Source: Gammaproteobacteria bacterium (lineage in GTDB: Bacteria; Pseudomonadota; Gammaproteobacteria; Natronospirales; REEB76). Taken from it: a stretch of DNA of 64,000 bases. The notes below the pieces were generated by a model, which was not told where the DNA came from, searched no databases, and was given only the letters and a program-made list of their open reading frames with translations. Below are positions 29,901 through 38,260 of the stretch, piece after piece (the stretch's first letter is position 1; every line of letters begins with the position of its first letter). The stretch spans positions 287,135-351,134 of the forward strand of contig JBAWFA010000004.1 of the NCBI GenBank assembly GCA_049591455.1. The letters are read 5' to 3'. Made by a program: the position numbers and the translations under genes.

Positions 29901-30200
29901 CGTGACCGTGAGATAAGCGTTCGTGTTCGAACCGTTGCTGCCGTAGGGATTGCAATAGCACAGGACACCACCGGTGCAGATCTCCCCATACACGATCTGT
30001 TGATTGGCAACACTGCCGCGGACGATACCGTCTTGTCCCGACGTGACCGGGTTCGGCATCAGCAGCAGCGACAATTCTGTGAAGGCGCCGCTGAAGAACA
30101 TGGCAGCGCCCATTGAGGCCAGTTCTTCGCCACCGAACTCATAGAGGACGGCGCCCACTACCATTTCGATAGCGCCCATTGTTTTGCCGGAGGAGCTCAT
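26991..30200 (-). CDS. Host-specificity / central tail fibre protein with FN3 domain and C-terminal Hint (intein-like) domain
   Basis: 1069 aa located after the GTA-like gp12-14 analogues. It has an FN3-like segment (APSSLTSSSSAKGILLNWTSP..YQTVYRS..YWYYVTA) and a Gly/Ser linker. This is followed by C-LHPYQPVV..VGDEVL..TETQPFL..PHAFLAYRDGAILHN-GAGKP-stop. Confidence 0.85.
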   Translation of the reverse strand: MSSSGKTMGAIEMVVGAVLYEFGGEELASMGAAMFFSGAFTELSLLLMPNPVTSGQDGIVRGSVANQQIVYGEICTGGVLCYCNPYGSNGSNTNAYLTVTIAHSLTRQNSAGTAGMPVEGIQGFYINDVFVPLLTDDSFGGWNAGRGEASGTGACSITQGVDDGSNEPWNNLAGNLWMSFSDGSQTTADPILTSELDVASTFIGYGISYSTWVLFMSADQGTFTGAFPNGLNTPGTLKVVIAGQLLYDPRLDSDNGGSGSQRLTDTTTWAFSSNPALILADYLTRLKNDGGCGYSPGTYSGSSVINSQVNWACVAAAANICDEEVSVPAYGATFSDGAWSTTVDVSTYSCNMAVQTNQNCDQNVADILKTMAGFIVVSGGQIYMYAGATTTSSGTLDETFLAGSAGYSPQIQRSQMGNAVKFTYGQEPQQDYNQAQGAPLTNSTYEADDGNVRLWVSDTIPGCNNQFQCQILERIALKKTRNKQVLNLVCNLKALNFKGGDVIEVNISELNLSDAPFRIMQYRLDNTNYTIKMMLVQENSGTYTLPSTPDGVYQAYNTPDYQELYDITPSAPGAPSSLTSSSSAKGILLNWTSPAPNTFDYQTVYRSSTSSSSGFTAIANVVGDSYLDSSAEYETEYWYYVTATNFWSQASPNSDVTNITMVTQVTWDSNLLKNATLATMDYWTCSASFTLTSPKIDITAAASGSPTLTATDDQGNTAFFPMNPNTPVSISVNLTAVTGTATVYPQLLFYEADKETFISSIFPTATSTDGVTSIVSYNCPSGTAYGAFRVVVNGGASGGTATLKNPTLRTGTQTVIDGGGAQLGSATTVRAVTSAGVGYYISGLTLTSPNPNKITASACTLEMGGSGTGNVSYNSSSVSGLTASTTYYLYYIDPGFQGGSATLNASTSKISSLTGSPDTVYLGFWETPASGSGGSGGTGGCLHPYQPVVTVEAPFKLADQLVVGDEVLTPDGTAPILSLSREPCSTWLKITIDRHAYFVTETQPFLDAEGKWIRAHNLKPGDALARGLIVQSIEPFTDESEKIILNVAEPHAFLAYRDGAILHNGAGKP

Positions 30201-30601
30201 TCAACCCTCCAGGACTGCTTCGCCAGCGAAATATCAAACACGTTAAGACGTTCATCGCCCGGGCACACGATGGTGGTTCCGGTGCAGACGCCTATGCAGT
30301 CCAGTCCATTAGGCGCTGTGAACAGAACGATGTCGCCGCGGCGCGCACACAACGGTCCCTTGGGCTCGCCCAGGAAATGCGTCAGCAGGCCAGCCAAACC
30401 GCCGTAGGTGGCAATGATCTTGTAGGCTTCTTCACGGTTGGAATAGGTGCCACGCAGCGCCGCGGCCTTGTCTTCGCCCGTCATGGCAAGCACGGCATCC
30501 GCCGCAAACAGGCAGCAGTCGTTCACCCCCCATTTGTGCGCAGTGCGCTTTCGCTCATCCACGAGCTTCAAGAGTTGTTCAAGCCACGCCTTCTTTCGCA
30601 T
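30197..30601 (-). CDS. Tail-associated NlpC/P60-like / DUF6950-like protein (GTA gp14 position)
   Basis: HKWGVNDCCLFAADAV (putative catalytic Cys context). Size and position between the gp13-like gene and the fibre. Its stop overlaps the fibre ATG (ATGA). Confidence 0.45.
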   Translation of the reverse strand: MRKKAWLEQLLKLVDERKRTAHKWGVNDCCLFAADAVLAMTGEDKAAALRGTYSNREEAYKIIATYGGLAGLLTHFLGEPKGPLCARRGDIVLFTAPNGLDCIGVCTGTTIVCPGDERLNVFDISLAKQSWRVE

Positions 30602-30603
30602 GT

Positions 30604-31311
30604 TCAATCCTGTTTGTAGAACCCAGCCTCGCCGGCACCATTCCCGGGTTTTGTATTCCCACCGCGAGCATTGATGGCAAACTGAGACGGTCCTTGCATG
30701 CCCCAGTAGGTATAGGTGTAGGTCAGCGACGCCACATATTCATAGAACGTGTCAGTGCTGAAGGTGGTATTGTCAGCGGCACCCCGTGCCTGTTGGTCTT
30801 GTACCGTTTGCAGCATCCCGCTTTGGCGGTTCTGCAGGTCTGCGAGAAGGTTCTCAGCGTTGATCGTGATCGTGCCGGTGTTCTTTCCGAGCGAGATCGT
30901 GCAATCGCCCAGGAACATCGGCGTGCTGAAGAATGGGGTACTGTTCACCAGGTCATGGTTGGAATCCAAGAACCCCAGCGACCAGACGATGTTGACCCAT
31001 TGCACGTTGTTCGTACCACTGAGATTGTCGATCACGGTCTGATCGCAACCCGAGAGCATGAGCGTCATTGGCCGTGGCACACCATCGGTGCCTTCGTTGT
31101 AGTTCGTAATGGAGCCGAAGGGCATGCCGGTGGAGGTCACGGGGTTATAGGTATTACCGCCCCACGTATAGGATTTATGCGCGTTCGTGAGATAAAGATT
31201 GCCAGTGGGCAGATCGATTTCGAGGAACTCGACGATGCCGACAACGGTGGCGGCAACTTCGGTTGCCGGGTCTACCGTGTAACCAGAGGCTGGCAGCAGC
31301 GCGCGTGTCAT
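30604..31311 (-). CDS. Distal tail protein, DUF2163/GTA gp13-like
   Basis: 235 aa, positioned in the conserved TMP-gp12-gp13-gp14-fibre order, with ATGA coupling to its upstream neighbour. Similarity is judged by pattern only. Confidence 0.45.
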   Translation of the reverse strand: MTRALLPASGYTVDPATEVAATVVGIVEFLEIDLPTGNLYLTNAHKSYTWGGNTYNPVTSTGMPFGSITNYNEGTDGVPRPMTLMLSGCDQTVIDNLSGTNNVQWVNIVWSLGFLDSNHDLVNSTPFFSTPMFLGDCTISLGKNTGTITINAENLLADLQNRQSGMLQTVQDQQARGAADNTTFSTDTFYEYVASLTYTYTYWGMQGPSQFAINARGGNTKPGNGAGEAGFYKQD

Positions 31312-32123
31312 AATGTCACATCCTCCATGAGCGACAAGGCCATGGCGGCGATCCGCGGCGGCGTATAGCTGATGCTGGCATCCGGCTTGCTGAACGCAAA
31401 CACCGCATTACACGGTGACAATACGATGGAATTGCCACTGACCGGACTGAATCTCAATGCAGGCTCGAAGTCGATCGTAGCTACGCCAGAGCCATTACTG
31501 GCGGCGCTCGCCGTCACCATCAGCAACTGATGCTGCATGGTGGTTGTGTAATCCGTGGTGTAGGTCTGCAGTACGGCATTCACATATACGTTGTAGCCTG
31601 TGAAGAATGCATTGGGGAGATTGAATGTTGTGGCGACTCCATTGCCGGTCCCGATTGCAATGGAATTACCATAGAAATCTTCGGCGGTGATGGCATAGGT
31701 GTTGGCAGGGGCGGTCAAGAAGGTGATGGTGCCCCCATAGACTTGGAACATATCGCCCGGCAGCAGGATCCCGGAGATTGAGTCTGTCCAACCTTCGGTG
31801 AGCAGGCTGTTCCCGGTCTGCGAGCCACCATCGACGGTGGGCGTTCCTGTTCCAACACCCTGAATCTCATAGGCGTAATTTGGCAGCGCGGTACGAAAGC
31901 CGGCGCGCGACATCTGCATGGACCAGGCCAGCAACAACTGCGAGTCCGCATAGCTCAGCACGTTCCAGCTAAGGTCACAGCTGAAATAGGCACCCGGCCG
32001 CGCGATGTCCTGGAATGTGCCTGAGAGCGGGGATGTATTGCGGGCATCGAACCTGTTGAGTTTCCAATCTGATTTGTTGGCGTATTTGGAGAGGCTTGGG
32101 AAGGTCAAGATCGTCGGGTTCAT
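31308..32123 (-). CDS. Distal tail protein, DUF2460/GTA gp12-like
   Basis: Immediately follows the tape measure. ATG 32123 overlaps the TMP stop (ATGA). Size is about 270 aa. Confidence 0.45.
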   Translation of the reverse strand: MNPTILTFPSLSKYANKSDWKLNRFDARNTSPLSGTFQDIARPGAYFSCDLSWNVLSYADSQLLLAWSMQMSRAGFRTALPNYAYEIQGVGTGTPTVDGGSQTGNSLLTEGWTDSISGILLPGDMFQVYGGTITFLTAPANTYAITAEDFYGNSIAIGTGNGVATTFNLPNAFFTGYNVYVNAVLQTYTTDYTTTMQHQLLMVTASAASNGSGVATIDFEPALRFSPVSGNSIVLSPCNAVFAFSKPDASISYTPPRIAAMALSLMEDVTL

Positions 32124-34192
32124 GTCGACATCCATGCATTCCGATTAAGCCGGTACTCAGTCTGGCCACGCATTTCAGATAGGATGCTTTGACGCATCGC
32201 GAGCAGCTTGGCGGTTTCATCCGGTCCGGCACCCCGGGCATCAATGTTCACGGTGTGGCTGCTGGAACCGCCAAGACCCGCGAGTTGATTGTTAGGGATG
32301 ATGGTCCCGCTACTGTGCGGCATGAAGAGTTCCGGACCGGATTCGCCTACGAGCGAGACCTTGCCACCGGGCGCGATACCGCCGGCGGCATGCGAGCCAC
32401 CCGCCATGGCGCCAAACATGGAGGCGAAGAAGCCCCCTATTCCACTCTTCGCAGTACCGCCGCTGGAGAGCGATCCAAAAAGGCTGCTTAACAACTTCTG
32501 CGCTAGCATATTGGCCGCCATCTTTTGCATGGTCTTTGCGAAATCTTCACCCATGCCCCGTAGCCCCTCGTGGGTGTTCTCAAAGAACTTCGCAAAGGCA
32601 TTCTGCATGTTGCGGGCCGCCTGTTTGGCGAACTCGGACATGTCATTCGCTGTCTTCTTGATTTCCTGTTCCAACGGCGCGAGCGGCTTCAGCTTCGTCA
32701 TGCTCGCGAGCTCGTTGTTGGTATCGAGGATCCCTTGATTCAGTAATAGCGCCTCTTCAGTAGCGCTGCGCATGCCAGCTGGCAACGCCATCAAGGCCTT
32801 ATGCAGATCTCCGATATCGAGACGGTACTTCAGAATTGCTTCATCGGATTCCCCGTATGTGGCCACTTGCATCTGCAAACGCTGCTGCAGATCGGCAATG
32901 GAGTTCGTGAGCTTCTCGGTAGCTTTGGAGGCGGCCGTGGGCTGAGCACTTCCGAACACGGTGGGGGCGAGTGATTGAGGCGGTGTCGCCGTAGATGAAG
33001 AAGTGCTTCCAAATCCAACCTCATGGCCCTTGCCAGGAGTCTGTATGGTGACCAGGGCGTTATTCAGGTTTTTGAGAATCTGCTGCAGATGGTTGATCTT
33101 GCCCTGTAACAGATTCTGCGCGAAGCCGGTCTGGTTGGCCGGCATCATCATTTGGCCCTGCAATGACCCGATTTCATCCTTTATGCCTTTAATTTCATCC
33201 TTCAGCGACGCGATGCCTGGCGTGGCGGCATTGCTGCCTGTGGCGAGCTTCGCAAAGAACTCGCCCCAGTATTGTCCGGCTTCTCCGATGGCTGAAATGG
33301 CCTTGGCGGCCCATTCCGCCATCTTGGCAAGGCCGGTGATGACATTATCGAAGCCGGTCTTGATGGAGGGGTCTGTCAGCGTCTTCGCGAGGTCACTGAT
33401 GGCACCCGACATATCCCCGAGTGCCGGACTGTTGGCCTGATTCATCAGTCCGAAGATGGCGGTATGCAGACGGCCGGTGGCGGCCTGCAGAGAATCCTCG
33501 GCGCCAGCCAGAGCACCACTCATCGCCGGCGATTGCATCAGCTTCACGAAGGCATCCAGGAAATCGGAGCCGCTGATTGCGCCTTTGTGCATCTGCGCGA
33601 TGAATTTTTTCATGCCGTCGGCGCCGGCATACATGCTGTGTGAAATCAGCGGGCCCAAGCCCGCCCAGTCTCGGCCGAGTTGCTGGGTGAACTGGCGGCT
33701 CTGGACAGTCCCCATTGACATGATTTCGTTGAGCGCAAGCCACGAGCGGGTGCTCTGCTGGCTATTGAGGTGGAATACCCGCATCGCGCCGGAAACCGCG
33801 TAGAAGTCCTTGTCAATCTCAGACAGGGACATGCCGGAGCTGCGGCCGGTGAGCACAAAGCGGGCGAATGACTGCCCGACATCCTGGATTGAAAGGCCGA
33901 GCGTGTTGGCGGTTTGCTGGAGGAACTGGAGCTGTTTGGCTGTCTCCTGTGAACTCAGGCCGCCCGCTTCAAGCGTGTATTGCCAGCCCTGCCACTGCAC
34001 GGTGGCGTCATACACTTCGCGGGTGAGCCCTTCGAGCACGCGGATCGCGCCAAAGGCCACGAGTGCGCCTTTTACCTGGTTAACGGTCTGCCGCAGGCTG
34101 CTGAAATGCTGTTTAGATGCTTTGAGCTGTTCGTCGAGTTTGGCCGTATTGGCCTTCATATCGACGACCAGGGTGCCGATGGTAGCTGCCAT
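32120..34192 (-). CDS. Tail tape measure protein
   Basis: 690 aa, Ala/Gly/Gln-rich helical, with a conserved N-terminal tape-measure-domain-like region (..VSGAMRVFHLNSQQSTRSWLALNEIMSMGTVQSRQF..). Located after the G/GT chaperones. Confidence 0.9.
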   Translation of the reverse strand: MAATIGTLVVDMKANTAKLDEQLKASKQHFSSLRQTVNQVKGALVAFGAIRVLEGLTREVYDATVQWQGWQYTLEAGGLSSQETAKQLQFLQQTANTLGLSIQDVGQSFARFVLTGRSSGMSLSEIDKDFYAVSGAMRVFHLNSQQSTRSWLALNEIMSMGTVQSRQFTQQLGRDWAGLGPLISHSMYAGADGMKKFIAQMHKGAISGSDFLDAFVKLMQSPAMSGALAGAEDSLQAATGRLHTAIFGLMNQANSPALGDMSGAISDLAKTLTDPSIKTGFDNVITGLAKMAEWAAKAISAIGEAGQYWGEFFAKLATGSNAATPGIASLKDEIKGIKDEIGSLQGQMMMPANQTGFAQNLLQGKINHLQQILKNLNNALVTIQTPGKGHEVGFGSTSSSTATPPQSLAPTVFGSAQPTAASKATEKLTNSIADLQQRLQMQVATYGESDEAILKYRLDIGDLHKALMALPAGMRSATEEALLLNQGILDTNNELASMTKLKPLAPLEQEIKKTANDMSEFAKQAARNMQNAFAKFFENTHEGLRGMGEDFAKTMQKMAANMLAQKLLSSLFGSLSSGGTAKSGIGGFFASMFGAMAGGSHAAGGIAPGGKVSLVGESGPELFMPHSSGTIIPNNQLAGLGGSSSHTVNIDARGAGPDETAKLLAMRQSILSEMRGQTEYRLNRNAWMST

Positions 34193-34742
34193 TATCTATT
34201 CCGCCTCAAGTCAGCGATGGCCTCACGTTCGAGCATCGCTTCCTTCTGATGCAGGTCAGCGGTCTCGTATTCGATTTGGAAGAAAGCATCCCATTCAACG
34301 ATCTCGCGGGCATCGAGTTCCTTCAGGAGCCGATACCGCGTCATTCCCAGCTCGCGCGCTAGTCGGAAGGTGAACTGGCGCCCGGGCTGGGATCTGAGTT
34401 TTTTAGCAGTTCCTCACGCACCTCACGTGTGAGTGCATTGACCTTGAGTGCGACTTCGTACACACGCGTAAGTGCCGCGGCAGATTTCTTGCCGAGGGCA
34501 TCGATGTCGGCATCGGTGAAAAGCCGTTCGCCGGTCTCATTGCATGCGGTCTTTGCCACCAGGGTGGCACGCAGATTGTCGAACTTGTCCGATTGGGTCG
34601 CGTGCAGCAGCACACTTTCCCACTGGTCGCGCTCTAGACCTGACATCGTCCGGACAAAGACAGTGCCACCCCACTCTGGAACATGCACCGTTTCTTTCTT
34701 GAGATCGTCTGCGGCCAGGATGGCCTCTTTTGTCAAATTCAT
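34192..34742 (-). CDS. Tail assembly chaperone -1 frameshift product (gpGT analogue)
   Basis: After a -1 slip at A_AAA_AAC the frame reads ..LKKLRSQPGRQFTFRLARELGMTRYRLLKELDAREIVEWDAFFQIEYETADLHQKEAMLEREAIADLRRNR-stop. Its TAA overlaps the tape measure ATG (TAATG). Confidence 0.6.
34359..34742 (-). CDS. Tail assembly chaperone (gpG analogue)
   Basis: 127 aa between the tube and tape measure genes. It contains an in-frame slippery heptamer near its 3' end. Confidence 0.75.
   Translation of the reverse strand: MNLTKEAILAADDLKKETVHVPEWGGTVFVRTMSGLERDQWESVLLHATQSDKFDNLRATLVAKTACNETGERLFTDADIDALGKKSAAALTRVYEVALKVNALTREVREELLKNSDPSPGASSPSD
34398..34404 (-). promoter_or_regulatory. Programmed -1 ribosomal frameshift slippery site A_AAA_AAC
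   Basis: The plus strand GTTTTTT at 34398..34404 equals AAAAAAC on the minus strand, phased X_XXY_YYZ in the gpG frame (codons CTA AAA AAC). Confidence 0.6.
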
Positions 34743-34773
34743 TTGTACTCTCCGATCGGTTCAATGGAACTTG

Positions 34774-35181
34774 TTATGAGGTGGCGCGTGATAGATCGCC
34801 GGCGGCGACCAGCGACAGCTTGGTCATGGCCTCCTGGCCGACACTGCCGGATAGCGGCTCGTAGCTCTCGACCAGACATGTCCCTGTGAAGGATGGATTC
34901 GTCGCTGAACGTGCACCACTGACGGCTTTCACATCGATGGTGGTAGTGGTGCCGATGAGCGGGAACAGCGTCGCATCTACCGTCTCGCTGCCGAAATCCT
35001 GGAAGAAGTCGATGCTCATGCTCCAGTCTAATAGACCGCCCATGGAGCTTTTGGTGGTGTCGCCCATCGCGGTGTTGTCGAGTGCCCCCGCTTTGTAGCT
35101 GATCGATACCTGTTTCACATAGGCGGACAGATCAACGCTGTCGATGAGCACTTGTGCATTGTCAAGAACAATACCTGGCAT
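34774..35181 (-). CDS. Tail tube-like protein (short paralogue, 135 aa)
   Basis: Position directly upstream of the chaperones. Its N-terminus is homologous to the neighbouring 235-aa protein (L.NA.V...LS....SYKA.ALD.T..GD.T...GGL.D). Confidence 0.55.
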   Translation of the reverse strand: MPGIVLDNAQVLIDSVDLSAYVKQVSISYKAGALDNTAMGDTTKSSMGGLLDWSMSIDFFQDFGSETVDATLFPLIGTTTTIDVKAVSGARSATNPSFTGTCLVESYEPLSGSVGQEAMTKLSLVAAGDLSRATS

Positions 35182-35220
35182 GATGACTCTCCTGATGAAT
35201 GAATGCGGTCAAACCGCGGA

Positions 35221-35928
35221 CTACTGGACTCCCATCGCGAGGATGAAGGCGAAAACTGGATCTGTACCGGTGATGGTCCAAATCGGCTGATACCAGGTCT
35301 CCGCGAGCGCACCCTCTACCGACATGAATTGCGCGCCGATTCCGGTGGCGGCATCGAATGTCAGGACCGTGGTCGGCTCTGCGAAGGCATCGCTGCTGTC
35401 GCCCTGGATGGCCATCGTCATGGATGGTGTGGTGCCAGCCACGCTCAGCACGTGCAAGGATGCCCACAAAGACTGCCCGGCACCCACCGCACCCAGATTG
35501 AAACCCGTACCATTGCCAGAAGCGGTGATGCCGCTCTTGTTGGCGCCCAACAAACCGCGGATCAGATTGCTCTGCGCATCCGCGGTGAGTGAAAACGGCA
35601 TGTTGTCGCCGACAGTGGTGCCGATCTGATATTCGATATCCAACACTTTGAGAAAGAAAGCGACTGTGCCTTCGGCCGGTAGGGACGCCATCGTCATGAT
35701 GTCGCCCTGGCCAACATCATTGAAAAGCTCGGCGTCCGTTCCGGTATCCCAGAAACCCTTGCAGCTGATGGCGATGTCCTTGAGGCCACCGATCTTCTGG
35801 TTTGTGTTGTCACCGAAGCGTGTATCGTCCAGGGCAGCAGCCTTGTAGGACAGCGCCAGTGAATTCATGTCGCCGGACAGGTTGTAGCCGCCGAGGACGA
35901 CTAATGCATTTTTAAGCAGTAAGCCCAT
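35221..35928 (-). CDS. Major tail tube-like protein (long paralogue, 235 aa)
   Basis: Internal ATG 35928 (MGLLLKNALVVLGGYNLSGD..). It follows the DUF3168-like gene, the usual major tail protein slot. Confidence 0.55.
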   Translation of the reverse strand: MGLLLKNALVVLGGYNLSGDMNSLALSYKAAALDDTRFGDNTNQKIGGLKDIAISCKGFWDTGTDAELFNDVGQGDIMTMASLPAEGTVAFFLKVLDIEYQIGTTVGDNMPFSLTADAQSNLIRGLLGANKSGITASGNGTGFNLGAVGAGQSLWASLHVLSVAGTTPSMTMAIQGDSSDAFAEPTTVLTFDAATGIGAQFMSVEGALAETWYQPIWTITGTDPVFAFILAMGVQ

Positions 35929-35932
35929 GGCT

Positions 35933-36331
35933 TTACTCCTGGTAGATGACCTCGAAATCAACGGCACGCTGGAACTTGCGCGCCTGTTCATCAAAGAGAT
36001 CGTGAACACCCATGCGATAGACATCCTCGATTGTCATGCTGCCCCAGTCGCCTGTGACCGTGCCCATATAGCGTGATAATGCCGTGGTGACTGCATCGGC
36101 GACGCCCTGCGCGCCTGTCATGGACACAGCCCAACAAGAGACCTGCAGACGCCGGCGTACGATGCCAATATCGGCGCCCATCGCCGGCGACGGCGTTTCG
36201 GATATGAATGTGTATGTCAGCGCTGGATAGGTTGGCTCCTGTGGCAAAAGCGCCGGGTAAATCCTCCCATCGATGAGGGCGCTAACGCCGTCATTGGTAT
36301 TCAGCACTGTGAAAATGGCATCTTCAATCAT
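35933..36331 (-). CDS. Tail completion/terminator protein (DUF3168-like)
   Basis: 132 aa, MIEDAIFTVLNTNDGVSALIDGRIYPALLPQEPTYPALTY.. pattern, positioned between the gp10-like and tube genes. Confidence 0.6.
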   Translation of the reverse strand: MIEDAIFTVLNTNDGVSALIDGRIYPALLPQEPTYPALTYTFISETPSPAMGADIGIVRRRLQVSCWAVSMTGAQGVADAVTTALSRYMGTVTGDWGSMTIEDVYRMGVHDLFDEQARKFQRAVDFEVIYQE

Positions 36332-36750
36332 GGCTTCACGGCACGGTCAAAGCGGTTGCGGCAATAGCCGGCCAGCGTGTCAACAATTCCATACTTGATC
36401 GAGTCCCAGGCTGGTCTCACGAAGGCCTGGGCGCTCATCTTCACGGTGCCGTATTCCAGGAAGAACCAGTAAAATGCGTTTCGGCCGATACGTACGCCGG
36501 CCTCGACGCTGCCATACTGGCCACGCAGGCGTGCGGCCGTGATGGCATCACGCAGCGCACCGGCTTTCCTGTGATGCGGATTAAGCGTCTCTGGCTTCAG
36601 TACGGGCGCACCTTCACGAATCTTGTCGCGTACGTCCTTGGCCATCGCATAGACACCGCCGCGGATGATGTTCTTCGCGATGCGGGGTCCAAGCGTTTCC
36701 AGATTTGCATACAGCTCGCTCAGCCCAGGGATATCGATCTCCTCACTCAT
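36328..36750 (-). CDS. HK97 gp10-family head-tail joining protein
   Basis: 140 aa with ..AFYWFFLEYGTVKMSAQAFVRPAWD.. (the FlEfGT....a.PF.rPA signature). Confidence 0.7.
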   Translation of the reverse strand: MSEEIDIPGLSELYANLETLGPRIAKNIIRGGVYAMAKDVRDKIREGAPVLKPETLNPHHRKAGALRDAITAARLRGQYGSVEAGVRIGRNAFYWFFLEYGTVKMSAQAFVRPAWDSIKYGIVDTLAGYCRNRFDRAVKP

Positions 36751-37094
36751 TGCTCGGCCACCCGCTCGGTACAGAGGAGCGACATCTGGCGATCCTCTTC
36801 ATTGATGTTGATAACCTGGTTAATGTCGAAATAGCGGCCGTTGTAGACGATGCGCATCGTCGGATCGAGACCGGCCAGATAGCGGATCGTGATCGTGTGC
36901 GTAAGGGTCGCTTCGACCTGTTGTGCGGCCAGGAACTCACGGCCCGAAAGAGGCACGATCTTTGCCCACACGCATGCAAACGTGGTCCAGGTCGGGATCT
37001 CCTCGCCACGTGCGTTCTGGCTGGAGGCCGTTTGTTGGACCGTGATCCAGCGCTTCATTTCGCCGGACATCGCAAAGAGGGCGAGATTGGACAT
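36747..37094 (-). CDS. Head-tail adaptor / head closure protein
   Basis: 115 aa with ..WAKIVPLSGREFLAAQQVEATLTHTITIRY.....RIVYNGRYFDINQVIN, the SPP1 gp16/HK97 gp9-like signature. Confidence 0.75.
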   Translation of the reverse strand: MSNLALFAMSGEMKRWITVQQTASSQNARGEEIPTWTTFACVWAKIVPLSGREFLAAQQVEATLTHTITIRYLAGLDPTMRIVYNGRYFDINQVININEEDRQMSLLCTERVAEQ

Positions 37095-37933
37095 TAGAAG
37101 CTGTACAGCTTGTAGGCAGCGAGCAGGTATTCCACGCCCATGTCTATCTCGATGCTCACCACGCGCGCACCGGTGATAAAGGCTTCGCGGTTCTCGTAGA
37201 GCGCCCCCACCATCAGCAGGATCGCCTGCAGTATCGAGCGCGGCACCATGCCGAGATACGATGTGCCGGAGCCCACCGCGCTGGGCACGATCGCATCCCC
37301 ATCGGCGGTAGCAGATAGGCTCAAACTGCCGCCATCAACACTCACCACGTAATAGTCGATGTTGGGCGTGAAGCCAGTTGGGAGCGCGCCACCACTGTTG
37401 TACATCCTGACCGTCTGGCCAACTGTCAGGTTATGGCTCGGCGCCAACAGCGCCGCGCTTTCTGCCGTGGCCGTGAATGCCGTCGCATACCCGGAAGCGT
37501 ATTGCACCTGGATGGCATCCGGCACGTACAGGATCGGCGGGAATACCTGCTGATACGCCGGCATCAGGCGCCCAGGTTCTGTCTGATTATCCACGCTATA
37601 GAGCTCTGGATCCCACGTCTGCGTGTCCTGGTTGACATCCACATACGTCACGCTGTCCACGCACTGCAACGGCGCGAACGGCAGATCCATGACATCGCTG
37701 CGCGGGAAGCGGTCGAGAATGATCGGCCACTGATCGATCGTCATCAGCCAGGTCTGGGTAATGAGCGCACGGCTGAGATACGATTCCACGCGCTCACGCG
37801 CGGCCGTAATCAGCGCCGAGATCAGAGAATCATCATTCGTGATGGTGACACGGAGGTGGTTCTTGACCTCAGCGAGATCCAGTGGCTCGGCGAGCGGCGC
37901 CTCTACGAGCCGAAGTGCCCGATTGTGGTACAC
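37094..37933 (-). CDS. Head-tail connector, gp6-like / phiE125 gp8-like family with internal insertion
   Basis: N-terminus EPLDLAEVKNHLRVTITNDDSLISALITAARERVESYLSRALITQTW and C-terminal ..AILLMVGALYENRE. The GTG start is uncertain. Confidence 0.6.
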   Translation of the reverse strand: MYHNRALRLVEAPLAEPLDLAEVKNHLRVTITNDDSLISALITAARERVESYLSRALITQTWLMTIDQWPIILDRFPRSDVMDLPFAPLQCVDSVTYVDVNQDTQTWDPELYSVDNQTEPGRLMPAYQQVFPPILYVPDAIQVQYASGYATAFTATAESAALLAPSHNLTVGQTVRMYNSGGALPTGFTPNIDYYVVSVDGGSLSLSATADGDAIVPSAVGSGTSYLGMVPRSILQAILLMVGALYENREAFITGARVVSIEIDMGVEYLLAAYKLYSF

Positions 37934-37941
37934 GGGTCAGG

Positions 37942-38169
37942 TTACTTCGCCAATTTCTTCGGATTTTTAGACGCCGTTTCATTGCCACCCTCAGCCTCGT
38001 CAGCAGTCTCCATGACCGGCGCGCGCGCGACGCGTGTGCTGCCGGCGACGGCTTGTGCGTGACCTGCCTTAATGAGCGTCTGTGCCTCGGCATCCTGAAC
38101 TTCGTAGACTTTGCCGGCCTTGCGTACATGTTTCGGGCTGGCGGACGGTGTCAACATCTTGATCTTCAT
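37942..38169 (-). CDS. Hypothetical protein (75 aa)
   Basis: Internal ATG 38169 preceded by AGGAGA. MKIKMLTPSASPKHVRKAGKVYEV.. with a charged tail. Confidence 0.4.
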   Translation of the reverse strand: MKIKMLTPSASPKHVRKAGKVYEVQDAEAQTLIKAGHAQAVAGSTRVARAPVMETADEAEGGNETASKNPKKLAK

Positions 38170-38260
38170 GATTATCTCCTGGGTGAATGAAAGTGGGGCT
38201 TGGCAGAAGCACATCCGGTTAGGAGCCCCACGGAGCTCACCGGGTAACCCTATAGATGGA

